Shown: positions 51,751-63,275 of the stretch, one piece after another
Layout of the letters: each line of letters starts with the position of its first letter
Position numbering within the stretch: position 1 is the first letter of the stretch
Source: Octopus vulgaris
Taxonomy: Eukaryota
Assembly: GCA_951406725.2 (NCBI GenBank)
Contig: OX597816.1
Location: 132,184,001-132,248,000, forward strand
Length of the DNA: 64,000 bases
Direction: 5' to 3'
The notes under the pieces: generated by a model
What the model was told of the DNA's origin: nothing
Database searches by the model: none
Seen by the model: only the letters and a program-made list of their open reading frames with translations
Position numbers and translations under genes: made by a program

Positions 51751-51793
51751 ACTGTTACTCAGAGTTTCACGTTCCCGTTCGTCGGACAGTTTT
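51751..51793 (-). ncRNA. Minimal type-I hammerhead ribozyme-like motif
   Basis: Minus strand: AAAACTGT CCGACGA ACG-GGAA-CGT GAAA CTC-T-GAG TA ACAGT. Confidence 0.65.
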
Positions 51794-52002
51794 GTTTAGA
51801 ATGGAACAAAACTAAGGCTATAGGCAAACATATACAATTAGTTTAATGGATACACATTTGAAAATGGTTTTGTTTCATTGGTCCTTTCAACTAATGGTCT
51901 TTACAATGAAAGGACCAATGAAGCAAAACCATTTTCAAATGCGTATCCATTAAACTAATTGTATATGTTTGCTTATAACCTTATTTTTCTTCCATTCTAA
52001 AC

Positions 52003-52045
52003 AAAACTGTCCGAATGGAAACATGAAACTCTGAGTAACAGTTTT
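52003..52045 (+). ncRNA. Decayed hammerhead-like motif (3-nt core deletion)
   Basis: AAAACTGT CCGA--- ATG-GAAA-CAT GAAA CTC-T-GAG TA ACAGTTTT. The 8-bp stem I is intact. Confidence 0.55.
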
Positions 52046-52142
52046 TGTGATATTTTTGCTGCTTTTTAATAAAGCATATTACTCTATCTCTGGTATTTGA
52101 GTACTATTTTCCCACCTTGTTTTGCATTTATATGCTTACTCT

Positions 52143-52205
<63 letters not shown>

Positions 52206-53431
52206 GTATGCATATTTGCATATATGTATGTGCATATACATACATGTACACAACCACACACACATACATGATTCAATGGCAATTTTTGCATGTTCCTTTA
52301 GAAGAGATAAATATTTTTTCTGCCTGGCCCCAACTGTTGTCCTAACAGTTCTCTTGGATATGCTTAACATTATACCTCTAATTACAGTGATATTTTACAT
52401 CTAGATACCCTTTTCAGCATCAAATGCAGTGTAGCAATGATACAAAAATGTAAACACACAAACATATGCACACACATCATGCATACCATTCCTCTCTCTC
52501 CATCTATTTCAGTCCTTTACTCGCTCTTTCTCAGTACCTTTTCCTCTTTTTCTGTATTTCTCTTTCTCTTCTTGTCTTTCCCCCCACCCATCTCTCTCTC
52601 TTTCTCTCTCTTGCTTCAGTGTGAATGACATGGTGACAAAACAAACTGATAAGAGAATATCTCTTATATGATTGCTGAATGTCAACTGTAGATGTTCTTC
52701 ATCTTTAACCAGAAAGATCATAGTTGATTGGCTGCGACACCCTAGATGGAATTACATCATTGTGTGATTCATCATGAAAACATACTGGAAGCGGGTATGG
52801 ATATGGGTATGTGATGCTAGCAATCATAGGCTCCAACATTCTTTCTGTGCCTGCAAGCTGAATTTAATGAGTTTTCTATTGCACCAGGTAGGATTTTAAA
52901 TTAGTACAGCAAGCTAATGGAACATTCTTTAAATATATTGTGAACCCTCATATTATGGTGTTTATGTGTGCATCCTCATGGTACTTATTTTTAGCTTGTT
53001 TGACAAAGCCTTCAGGAGATATGCTTAGTGATAGCAACACAGGACTGTGAAGTGTAGAAGAGCTGATTCTGTGAATTTTTTTTTTTTTAATACATTGGTA
53101 TTATTTAACACCAGGTCAGCTTTAATCAAGCTATCCTGGTTAGATCTATGATCAAAGATGCTTTATGATTTCTAATGCTTTAGCTGTTAGAAAAATGCCA
53201 TCAAATTCTGTGATCTTGTTACAAACTTCTTTACTAAAATGACGTACCAATATGGTCAAATTTGACAGTAAATTAATCACACAAAGATATTTATTATTCT
53301 CTTACACTTCTGTTACTCCAGTTTTTGCACTGTAGTCTTGCTGGGGCACTGCCTTCAAAGATATTTAGTCAATTGTATTAACTCCAGTACATATAGATCT
53401 CTCTTTATTGAATGGCTGAATCCAACTAGGA

Positions 53432-53705
53432 GAAGGCACATGGCTCAGTGGTAAGAGCATTGGGCTCACAATCATGAGATAGTGATTTCAATTCCCAGAC
53501 TGGGTTGTGTGTTGTGTTCTTAAGCAAGACATTTTATTTCATGTTGCTCCAGTTCACTAGTGCTAAGCTGTATCGGTCTTTGCCTTTCCCTTGGATAACA
53601 TCGGTAGTGTGGAGAGGAGGCTGGACTGCATGAGTGACTGCTGGTCCTCCACAAGCAACCTTGCCCGGACTTGTGCCTCAGAGGGTAGCTTTCTAGATGT
53701 AATCT
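53432..53705 (+). mobile_element. tRNA-derived SINE (family C-related) with a distinct 3' body
   Basis: GAAGGCACATGGCTCAGTGGTAAGAGC A box, ATTTCAATTCCC decayed B box, TGTTCTTAAGCAAGACATTTTA. The 3' part resembles 27640-27710. Confidence 0.75.
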
Positions 53706-54220
53706 AAAAAGAATAACTACTGCAAGGTATTTTGATTTGATGCGCCCAGAGTACTGATATACACATGTATAAATAGATTTTCTATGTCTTAAAAATATAA
53801 ATAGTGAATACAAGCTGACAGCCAACCTCATAAAAACTAGTTTGCAAGTGTTTGCTAGTGTAGGTTTTGTAAATATTGACTTTATCAAGAAATTTAATCG
53901 TGTTCTTTTTTAAATCTTGTTGCTGAAAGGAAGTTAGAAATATATTTTTTCTTTCTGTTTTACATCCATTTTCCAGTCTTGGGGTGGCAGAAAGATTTTA
54001 TAAATTTGCTCATTTGCATACTGTTTAAACAGTTGTTTTAACAGCTGTACACTCTTCTGTTGGTAATTTACTCAACTGTGAAGTTGAAGTGGGACCTGTT
54101 GTCAACCTTTGAAGTCTGAGACAAAGTCATACACCTTGCTCAGAAACTCAGTATGATTCTTGCAAGTAGGTGTCATGACAAGAAAGTGATCATTAACCTT
54201 ACAGCTATGGTGTTTCATTG

Positions 54221-54257
<37 letters not shown>

Positions 54258-54640
54258 GTGCATATGTCTATATACACACACATATTGAAATGAATTTATT
54301 GTAATTTTATACAAAAGCAACTGAATTTTCTTCTGTGGTGGAAGTATATATAAAATGTATACATGAAGATTAAGATATCAGTTCCATGCTACCGTTTTTC
54401 TCAGTGTTATCATTGTTATCTTGTTTGCTGTTATCTTTGGTAGGAAAATTTATATCCATCTGTCTTGTAACCAGCTTTCATATCTAACTAATATCCAATT
54501 GCCTGAATTTTTTTTACTGTGCTTGGTACCAATTGATTGGCTATTTCACTGTTTGTATACAGAAAGCATTTTCTAGTTCTTGATGCAAATTGCTATGACT
54601 TTATTCATAATGTTTTAGTATAACTAATGCAAATGCCACA

Positions 54641-54740
54641 TTGCTTTCTCCAGGTAGGCATGAAGCTAAAGCTTTTTAACATAAGAACACAGGTGTAAAA
54701 TTGTTTTCTCCAGGTAAGCATGAAGCTAAAGCTTTTTAGC
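54641..54740 (+). repeat. Direct duplication (60-bp period) of a 40-bp unit containing YAG|GT
   Basis: TTGCTTTCTCCAGGTAGGCATGAAGCTAAAGCTTTTTAAC (54641-54680) and TTGTTTTCTCCAGGTAAGCATGAAGCTAAAGCTTTTTAGC (54701-54740). Confidence 0.92.
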
Positions 54741-55012
54741 AGGAAAGGAATTTGAGCAGGTATCAAATTCATGGTTTTCAAGGGTATTAGTGATATAATT
54801 GCAACTGTATATCAAAATCAGCTTACAAAATTGGTTCACTGGAAGCTTGTTCTCTAGTTTGTGGTGCTCATTCATGTATTTAAATGTTTAACTACCTGCT
54901 TATTTGTACCCAAGTTTCAGAGTATCAAATAACTGACAAAAAACAAATTGTTATATTCAACTGGAAAAGTACATACCTGTTGATACCATTTTCTGCATGA
55001 TATAAGGGTTTA

Positions 55013-55378
55013 TTTTTACCTGTTTCATTCATTGGACTGCAGCCATGCTGGAGCAGTGTCTTGAAGGTTTTAGTTACAAAGTCGACCCTAGTGCCTTTTT
55101 TTAGGATGTCTGGTACTTACCCTATCATTCCTTTTTGCCAGACTAAGTTATGGGGACATAAACAAAACAACACTGGTTGTCAAGCAGTGGCAGGAGATAA
55201 ACAGAAACACAGATGTGTGTGTACATGACAAGCTTCTTTCACTTTCAGTCTACCACGAGGTATTGGTTGGCTTGAGGCTATAGTAGAAGACACTAGCCCA
55301 AACTGCCATGCAGTAGGATTGAACCCAGAACCATGTGACTGTAAGCAAACTTCTTACCACACGTGCACACATGTGCCT
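55013..55378 (-). mobile_element. tRNA-derived SINE, family A (older copy)
   Basis: Colinear with other family A copies. Confidence 0.82.
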
Positions 55379-56348
55379 TGATTACATCATCTTCATTATT
55401 TTCTTTATTTATCTTTAATACATTAATGTTATCGATACAGCCAAGAAATTGTATGATAACCAATGCAAGCAAGATTTGAATAACAAATATTGATTTTTCG
55501 ACTAGATACAATGTGCACTTATATTGAGCAGAGATATAATTGATTGAATTAACTTTGTGATACTTAATTGATCAACACTTTTCTTACTAATTACTCTCAG
55601 GTGTCCTGTGCATAACCTTTTCTAAGAACTCACTGAATGATTCTTGCCATAAATTTAAGCTTATACCTTTGAGAGACAGCAAATTTGAAACCTAGAGGAT
55701 TTCAATTTTAACTTCATTAGGTTTCATGAAATATTAAATGTGTGGTATATTCGTTTGCCTCCCAAACATGATTTCAGCTGCTGCCCCACTGCATGATCTT
55801 AATTGAGTAGATTTAGTTGATTGAAACTGAAATAAGCTTATCAAGTGTGTGTGTGTGTTTTAGTTGTGCCTCATTGTCTTGACATTGTGTCATAATCATA
55901 AATGAACGTCACTGTCATACCAATAATGTCATTAGTTTCCAATTTTGCATGAAAATATGTGGTTATAGGGAAATATTACTTTGCTTAGAAACAGCTGAGA
56001 ATTGGCAACAGAAAGGCATACTGTAGCAGAAGTACTGTCTCAATAAATTGTTTTGGACCCATGCGAACATGAGAAAGTGGATGTTAAAACAATGAGGGTG
56101 ATGATGATGATAATATATCATAATCATCATCATTTAAAGTTCATTGGTCATGCTGGTATGAGTTGAACAGTTTGACCGGAACTGGTAAGTGGGTGGGTGG
56201 AGGGGAGTGCACCATACTCCAGTCTGATTTGACATGATTTCTATGGCTGGATGCTCTTCCTAATGCCAGTCACTTAGAGAGTGTGCTGGATGCTTTACAT
56301 GGCACTACACAGGTGCTCTGTGTGTATGTATGTATGTATGTATGTATG

Positions 56349-56387
<39 letters not shown>

Positions 56388-57579
56388 AATGTTGAGTGTG
56401 TGTAACAATTACTATTTTATTGATTGTTGCAGAAATGAAAGAAAAAAACTAATGTTAAATCTGGCTGAATTTGAACTCAGAAAAATGAATTAATAAATCA
56501 ATATACACTATATCACCTAGTTTCAATTTGTACTGCCAGAGCCATTTCTCTTGGTCTTCAAATGCGAAATATCTAGATTTCTAAAGCAATCTTTTGCTAC
56601 TTGAACCTTGAGGTATTCCCCCCACCTTTTTTTTTTGTTTTATATCTTGATTTTATTTTTTGTTTAGTTTATGTTCAGTTTTGTTTCTGAGTTCTATTCC
56701 TACTGTTTCCAGACAGTTTTTACATTGTTATATTTAGTGAGCTTACATCATGATCTTATTTGTTCTTTTTTAAGGGTTTCCAAGCACAATTTACATTAAT
56801 TGCGTGTAGCTTGGTTGTCAACTGAAATAACACCGGAAACTCTATACTGAAAGAGAATTGGTTTCCTGTACTCATGCCATTAATGTCAGAGTTAAAGACC
56901 TCCCCTTCTCCTCTGCCTGATACCAGCTTCTCACGCTTCTATCCAGATAGCTTGCAGTTATGTTAGTGCAATTCTTACATAGCTCTGTACAAAACTTAAA
57001 CCCAGAAAAATACCTGACTATTCAGTGTTCTTAGCTAAAGGCAGTTCCTTGTGTGTATGTGCATGCAGGTATATATGTATGTGTGTATGTGTATGTACTA
57101 GTGAAATTTTCTTAGCCAGAGGGATTACTTTAATCATTTATTTCTCTAATTATACTTTAAATCTATTCTTTTGTTATGAAGAAGGGAAAAATTACTAGAA
57201 TTATGTTACACAGAGATATACATATAAAGACTTACAGTTCATATGGTTTTAACAAAAAGATGTTAACAAAGCAACTTGTAAAGATCCTTTTGTTTTTTGT
57301 CTTTTTATAAATTAATTTTCTCCTTTTGTTTTCTCTTCCTTCATTTCCAAAGTTTTCATGACACAAATTTTCTAGAAAAAAATTTTTTCCCTCTAAATAT
57401 AGTAATAAAGTTGAGAATTAATCGGTGACTTGCATATGACCTGGTGGTGATGGTGGCATTGAAACCATCGTTGTTGTTGCTGCTGCTGTTGTGTTTGTGC
57501 TGTAATTCTTATTGATGTCAAACAGTTCTGTTGCAACACTGCAATGGAGCAACTGTTGTGGTTTAAGAGATTGTACTAT

Positions 57580-57760
57580 TGTTTAGCTCCAGTTAGATCT
57601 TACTGAGTAGACCTTATCATCAAAGGTATTCCAGCTGTGAAAATCTCATTCTTTTTACAAACATAGTGTATCAAAGACTACATTGTTCAATGTGTCCTTA
57701 TACTTATTAATATCTAAGGGAGATTTGGTTGCTATTTCTTGTGGATCAATCTACCTCTTG
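57580..57760. repeat. Unclassified dispersed repeat
   Basis: Blocks ATCAAAGGTATTCCAGC..CATT.TCCAATGTGTCCTT..GGGAGATTTGG.TGCTATTTCT recur at about 3370-3550, 11030-11235 and 34085-34150 (+), and 22200-22360 and 26145-26290 (-). Confidence 0.6.
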
Positions 57761-58920
57761 GTTCGTGGAGAGTGTTATAAAATGATTATGTGGATGAGCA
57801 CCGTGGATGACAGAAAAAAAACCCCCCAGCTCTAAGAGCATCAAATGCTCTGGACTAGCTTGGGGGCACAATCAGCCGTGAACTGAAGACTATAGACTGC
57901 TCAAGTAGCTTACTTGTAGCAGCAGTAGTAAAGTTCTGTTACTTTAAGAGATGTTAGTGATGAAGATAGTTGTAACTGAAGTAGGGTGTGAGAGGGGTTG
58001 GGAATGTTGAGAGACCAACTACTTCTGTTGGCAGCAAATCATTTCTCTTGCCATACAAAAGCTAGAATCTATGAGAGTTGTACCAAAACTGTAATGCTGC
58101 ATGTAAGTGAAAAATGTTCAGTAAATACAGATAATTGAGAGCAATTGGAGAGGAATGAGCTAAGTGGGGCCCGTGGCTGCGCAGTGTTGACTTGAAAGAT
58201 TGGAAATCGTCTCAGTTATTGTGCAATCATTTCTACACAGAATTGTAATCCTCTGAAATCACGTTTTTCTTCAGACATCAACCTGCAATAGGTACAGACT
58301 AAGCAGTAACCACATTAATGTATATCGTGTGGAAGAACTTGCAAAAATCAATGGCAATGCTCCTCCCCCGCTTCAAATCTGACAAACAAAACTAAGCATA
58401 AGGGGACAGAAAGAAAAAGAATGTGTATATGCAGACGTACAACAAGATAAACTGATGATCCACAAGCCATGGGAATTCATAAAACCAGTTTTTTATTCGC
58501 AGTAATAGCAAGTAAATAAAAGGTTGTTCGTCTATTTGTAGTAATATTTCTCTAGGATATGATACACATCTATTTAGGTCTAAGATTTTTGTGAAGTACG
58601 CAACTACATGAGTACATGATGTGTTAGTATGTGCATATATATGTATATATACATCAATAAATGGTTGTAGTATTTGTAGCAGATATGAATGTATGCACCC
58701 TAAGCAGTAGTATGTTGATATAGCAACATGTTAACACAATGCAGAAAAGAAGATTGGTTAAGTTATATTGGAGATGGCTAGAGATAAAATGCAGCAAATA
58801 TTCCCTTTTCTCCAGAGAAATACATTTTGAATAGCAAAATATATATAGATCTGTCCCCTGCATAAAACAACACTGCATCAGTGAAGGGTTAGGTTAACCA
58901 TTTCAACTCTCTCTCACACA

Positions 58921-59543
<623 letters not shown>

Positions 59544-61896
59544 CAGTGTTTCCCAACCTTTTTTCCCGGCGCCCCACTTTTTCATAGCAAAAGTTTTTAC
59601 GCCCCACCTTTTCCCATGTCCACTCACATTTACAAGTACATGTGGGCCTACTTACAATTGAAAAAAAAATCAAAAATTAAAAAATTGTATTCAAAATACA
59701 AAAAAATAGTTTGAGAATTGAAACAACAGGCACTGAAAGTGCATAACACCCAATAAATCGATAAAATTATTACGATTTCTCATGTTTTTAAAAAATGTCA
59801 ATTTATAAAGAATAAAGAAACACGTTTTTTCAGTTCAATTATTTGACGGTCAGCTCGACTAATTTAGTGAGAACCCTGTGCCTGATGCATACAGCACAAG
59901 TTTTTAATTTGAGGAGACAACTTTGTTAATTTCAGTCGTAAATCGCCACGTTTTGTAATCTCAAGCCGGTTTCTCTTGGCTTCGAGCAAATTATCAACTG
60001 CACTAAAACCACATTCGACCAAATAAGACGAAGGGAAAGGAATCAGTAGCTCTCTCGCTGATGTAGAAATTTTAGGATATTTTCTTTCAACCTCGTCATA
60101 TAGCCACATCTTTGTACCTTTCAATTTAAACAAAGTCTTCACTGATTCATCATGTTGTAATTCTGATAACTCTTCTTGGTATTGGATTGTAGCATCAGAA
60201 ACGTTAATCAGAAGCGGTTGAATTAACCAAGAAGGAAAATTCATTGCCTTTAAATCGCAAAATCTGTCATTGAAATCCTTTATCAAGATATTTAAATGAT
60301 CAATAATTACAATGCCAGCATCATTCGTTATTTCACATTTACTCAACCAGTAAAGTTCACTGAAATTTCTTTTGGAAAATTTCTTTTTCCATAATTCGAG
60401 AGCTGTAATAAATCCAAAAATCTTTGCTTTTGCATCAATAAGTGTCATGTTTGCACCTTGAAGTTGTTTATTCAAGTTTCCAAGTTTCTCAAATATGTCT
60501 GTCAAATAACTGACAAATGCTTTTCCATCCGTTGTTGACAGCAATTTCATTTCACATTTATCACTAAGAAAGTCGTTAATCTGATCAAATAATTCCATGA
60601 ACCTCTTTAAGCAGTTTCCACTTGATAGCCATCTTACTTCTGTATGAAGCAATAATCGAACGTGTTCGGTACTTTGATTTATACAAAACTGCTTAAAAAG
60701 ACGTTCAGATTTAGAATTTCTTTTAATGCTGTTGACACACTTGATCACACTTTGAAGAATCTTGTTAAGAACAGGGGACAATTTCTTGGCAACCAAGTTT
60801 TCTCGGTGTATTACACAATGGACAGTCAACATGTTTGGATTTTCATCCTTCATCATTTTTAAGCATCCCGTATTCTTGCCCATCATGGCAGGTGCACCGT
60901 CTGCCGCACATGCCAGTAAGTTTTCCTTTGGTATTTTGTTTGCATCCAAATAATGTTTGATTTTGATGTAAATATCATTTGCAGTTGTGGTGGTTTCAAA
61001 CGATTCGCAGAACAGCATCTCTTCCTGAAACTCCTCGTGGTCAATATACCTCACATAAGTCAATAACAGAGCCTCACTGTCCCGGATTGTGGATTCGTCC
61101 ATTTGTAATGAAAACTTACGCAATTTTAATTTCTCAATGAGCTGGCTTTCAACATCTTGCCCCATTTCATCTATTCTGTTCGAGACAGTGTTATTACTGA
61201 GTGGCATAGTCCTGATATCTCCATCATCTTTTTGTAATACAGTTTTTAAGAATATTGAGATAGGAGGTTTAATCAGTTGCTCTCCAATAGTGTGATTCTT
61301 TCCATGTTTTGCTATAAGCAAGGATATTTCGTAGCTGGCTTCAAGGGCACGAGTATGAGGCGCTTGTTTTGCATGAAATAGTGAAGTGAGTTTTGTTCGG
61401 TTTTTAAATTTTTCTTTCAATGATTTGAAGTATTCCAAATCTAAATTAGAATTATTAGGATGTCTTACCTTTAAGTGCGCTTCCAGCCTACCTGCCTTCA
61501 TTGACTCATTGCTCATCGTCTGATTACATAATAAGCAAAACGGTTTATGCTCATCAGGAATGAATCCAAACTTCAAAAACTCCACCGCGTATTGACGAGT
61601 CTTCTTCTTGTTTGGTTTGCTCATTTTCAATAGGGCTAACAAAAGATTAATTGAGGCAATTGATTGGCTTATCTGAATAGTAAGTTTATTGCTCAGTGCG
61701 GGATCTTCTTTGTCTCGCTGGGGTGCGAGAGTTTCCGATGTGGAGGCTTCAAAGGAAAGACAGAATCTAAGGTTGTGCCCGCGATGACTGCTCGTCATGT
61801 ACAAATATTTTCACAGCCCACGTCTATGCCCCGCGCCCCACCTGAATTTTCTCAGGCCCCACCAGTGGGGCGTACGCCCCATCTTGGGAATCACTG
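59544..61896 (-). mobile_element. Complete, apparently autonomous hAT transposon, Buster/Charlie subfamily (2353 bp)
   Basis: TIRs CAGTGTTTCCCAA (59544-59556) and TTGGGAATCACTG (61884-61896), 12/13 match. Identical 8-bp TSD ATATATGT at 59536-59543 and 61897-61904, fitting nnnTAnnn. Subterminal GCCCCAC repeats at both ends. Confidence 0.97.
59864..61624 (-). CDS. hAT (Buster-type) DDE transposase, ~586 aa from MSKPNKKK; the ORF is open up to 61804
   Basis: BED-like finger CLLC..HLKVRH, LQMDEST (D), AADGAPAMMG (D), CVIHRENL (CxxH), HTEVRWLS, SSYLVECGFS (E), C-terminal KRNRL..RGDLRLKL. No stops or frameshifts. Confidence 0.95.
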   Translation of the reverse strand: MSKPNKKKTRQYAVEFLKFGFIPDEHKPFCLLCNQTMSNESMKAGRLEAHLKVRHPNNSNLDLEYFKSLKEKFKNRTKLTSLFHAKQAPHTRALEASYEISLLIAKHGKNHTIGEQLIKPPISIFLKTVLQKDDGDIRTMPLSNNTVSNRIDEMGQDVESQLIEKLKLRKFSLQMDESTIRDSEALLLTYVRYIDHEEFQEEMLFCESFETTTTANDIYIKIKHYLDANKIPKENLLACAADGAPAMMGKNTGCLKMMKDENPNMLTVHCVIHRENLVAKKLSPVLNKILQSVIKCVNSIKRNSKSERLFKQFCINQSTEHVRLLLHTEVRWLSSGNCLKRFMELFDQINDFLSDKCEMKLLSTTDGKAFVSYLTDIFEKLGNLNKQLQGANMTLIDAKAKIFGFITALELWKKKFSKRNFSELYWLSKCEITNDAGIVIIDHLNILIKDFNDRFCDLKAMNFPSWLIQPLLINVSDATIQYQEELSELQHDESVKTLFKLKGTKMWLYDEVERKYPKISTSARELLIPFPSSYLVECGFSAVDNLLEAKRNRLEITKRGDLRLKLTKLSPQIKNLCCMHQAQGSH

Positions 61897-61963
61897 ATAT
61901 ATGTATATGTATGTATATATATATATATGTATGTATATATATGTATATATATGTATATATATG

Positions 61964-61998
<35 letters not shown>

Positions 61999-62213
61999 GC
62001 ATGTATCACATATATGTTTGTTTTCCATTTGTGTCTTTCTCTGTTCGAAAGAATAGTTGATGCTCCATGTACTCGTGCGTGGTACTTTTTTGTTGTATAC
62101 GTTTCGTGACGTCCTGTGCCCACATATGCATGTGTAGATGCAGGTATTACATATACATATGTATATATGCATATATACACATATAGATGTTTTGTATCTC
62201 TATCTCTTCTCTC

Positions 62214-62889
62214 TCTATATATAAAAGGCAGTTTGTCTGTCTGTGTGTCCGTCAGGTTGTACCCTCACCCTGACCACGGCTTTCAACCGATTCTGATGAA
62301 ACTTGAAACACACATAGCCCAATGACATAATTCAAAACTAACACAGCGAAAATTTTGAAAAGTTCCCCCAGTTCTGAAAAAAATCGATAAATTCGACATG
62401 GGGTCGAGAATCTAAGCTTATCATATGCAACACATTTTCCGTTGTAGTTTTCGCAACTTGCAATCGATTTTCACCAAGCTCATGGTGAAGCTTAATGTTA
62501 CCCTAAGGAACTTAATTCTGACGTTAGTTTTCCATGCAATACCTTACCATCAGAAAAAATCGATAAAATCATGCCATTTTGGGAAATCGCGTTCAAATTC
62601 AAGATGACATATTTTCGACAATATCTTTAACAAATTGGCAGGAATTTTTTTTGAAATTCACAGCGAGCATCATGTCTGCTCCAAGGAGCTATATGGCCTT
62701 TTTGATTCCAACAGGATACGTTATTACTGGAAAAAAATCGGTTAATTACATCATATGTGGCACACATAGCAAACCGATTTTTCTGCGATATTTTTTTAAA
62801 TAGCGGTTCAATGAGTACAAAAAAGGGTAAAAAGGTAAAGGGCATTGCTTATCGACAAAGTTTCTTACATACCCGGGCAATGCTGCTAG
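62214..62889 (+). mobile_element. Non-autonomous Helitron-like element
   Basis: Starts TCTATATATAAAAGGC followed by (GTCT)n. Ends CCCGGGCAATGCTGCTAG|T with the subterminal hairpin partly lost. No TSD. CpG-rich, with internal repeats of GAAAAAATCG. Confidence 0.65.
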
Positions 62890-62949
62890 TCATTATATAT
62901 ATATATACTTATGCATGTATCATATATATGTATATATCATGTGTTTGTG

Positions 62950-63275
62950 TGTGGCTGTGGTCCCAGGTTCAGTCCCAATATGTAGCACCTTGCGCAAGTG
63001 TCTTCTATTGTAGCCTCAGGGCGACCGAAGCATCATGGATAGATTTGGTCGACGGAAACTGAAAGAAGCCTATATATGTGTGTGCCTGTGTACTGATAGC
63101 TGGTTTTGCTTTGTTTATGTCCCTGTAACCTAACGGTTTAGCAAAAGAGATTAAGACCATAAGTACCAGATTAAAAGAAATAAGTACGGAAGCATGGAGG
63201 TCGATTTGTTCAGCTAAATCCTTCAGTGTTGAGCCACTGATGGCTGCAATCCAATGACACAAACAAGTAAAAGAT
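62950..63275 (+). mobile_element. tRNA-derived SINE, family A (deleted head)
   Basis: GGTTCAGTCCC..GCAAGTGTCTTCTA..GACGGAAACTGAAAGAAGCC..ACAAGTAAAAGA. Confidence 0.82.

Larger units (their letters stand above)
51751..52145. mobile_element. Long inverted repeat (arms 51751-51889 and 51907-52042), probable inverted Penelope-like pseudo-LTR pair
   Basis: Arms of ~136-139 bp are near-perfect reverse complements around a 17-nt spacer. Each arm ends in a hammerhead-like motif. The + copy continues through AATAAA. The inverted repeat is certain; the Penelope assignment is inferred. Confidence 0.75.

Noticed and set aside
61625-61804. 60-aa N-terminal extension of the hAT ORF (646 aa version)
   Set aside because: No transposase-like features; family-like sequence starts at MSKPNKKK (ATG 61624). 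Probably 5' UTR that is open by chance.
59864-61804. Domesticated ZBED5/SCAND3-like host gene
   Set aside because: Intact TIRs, a TSD and insertion within a microsatellite indicate a transposon, so no gene symbol is assigned.
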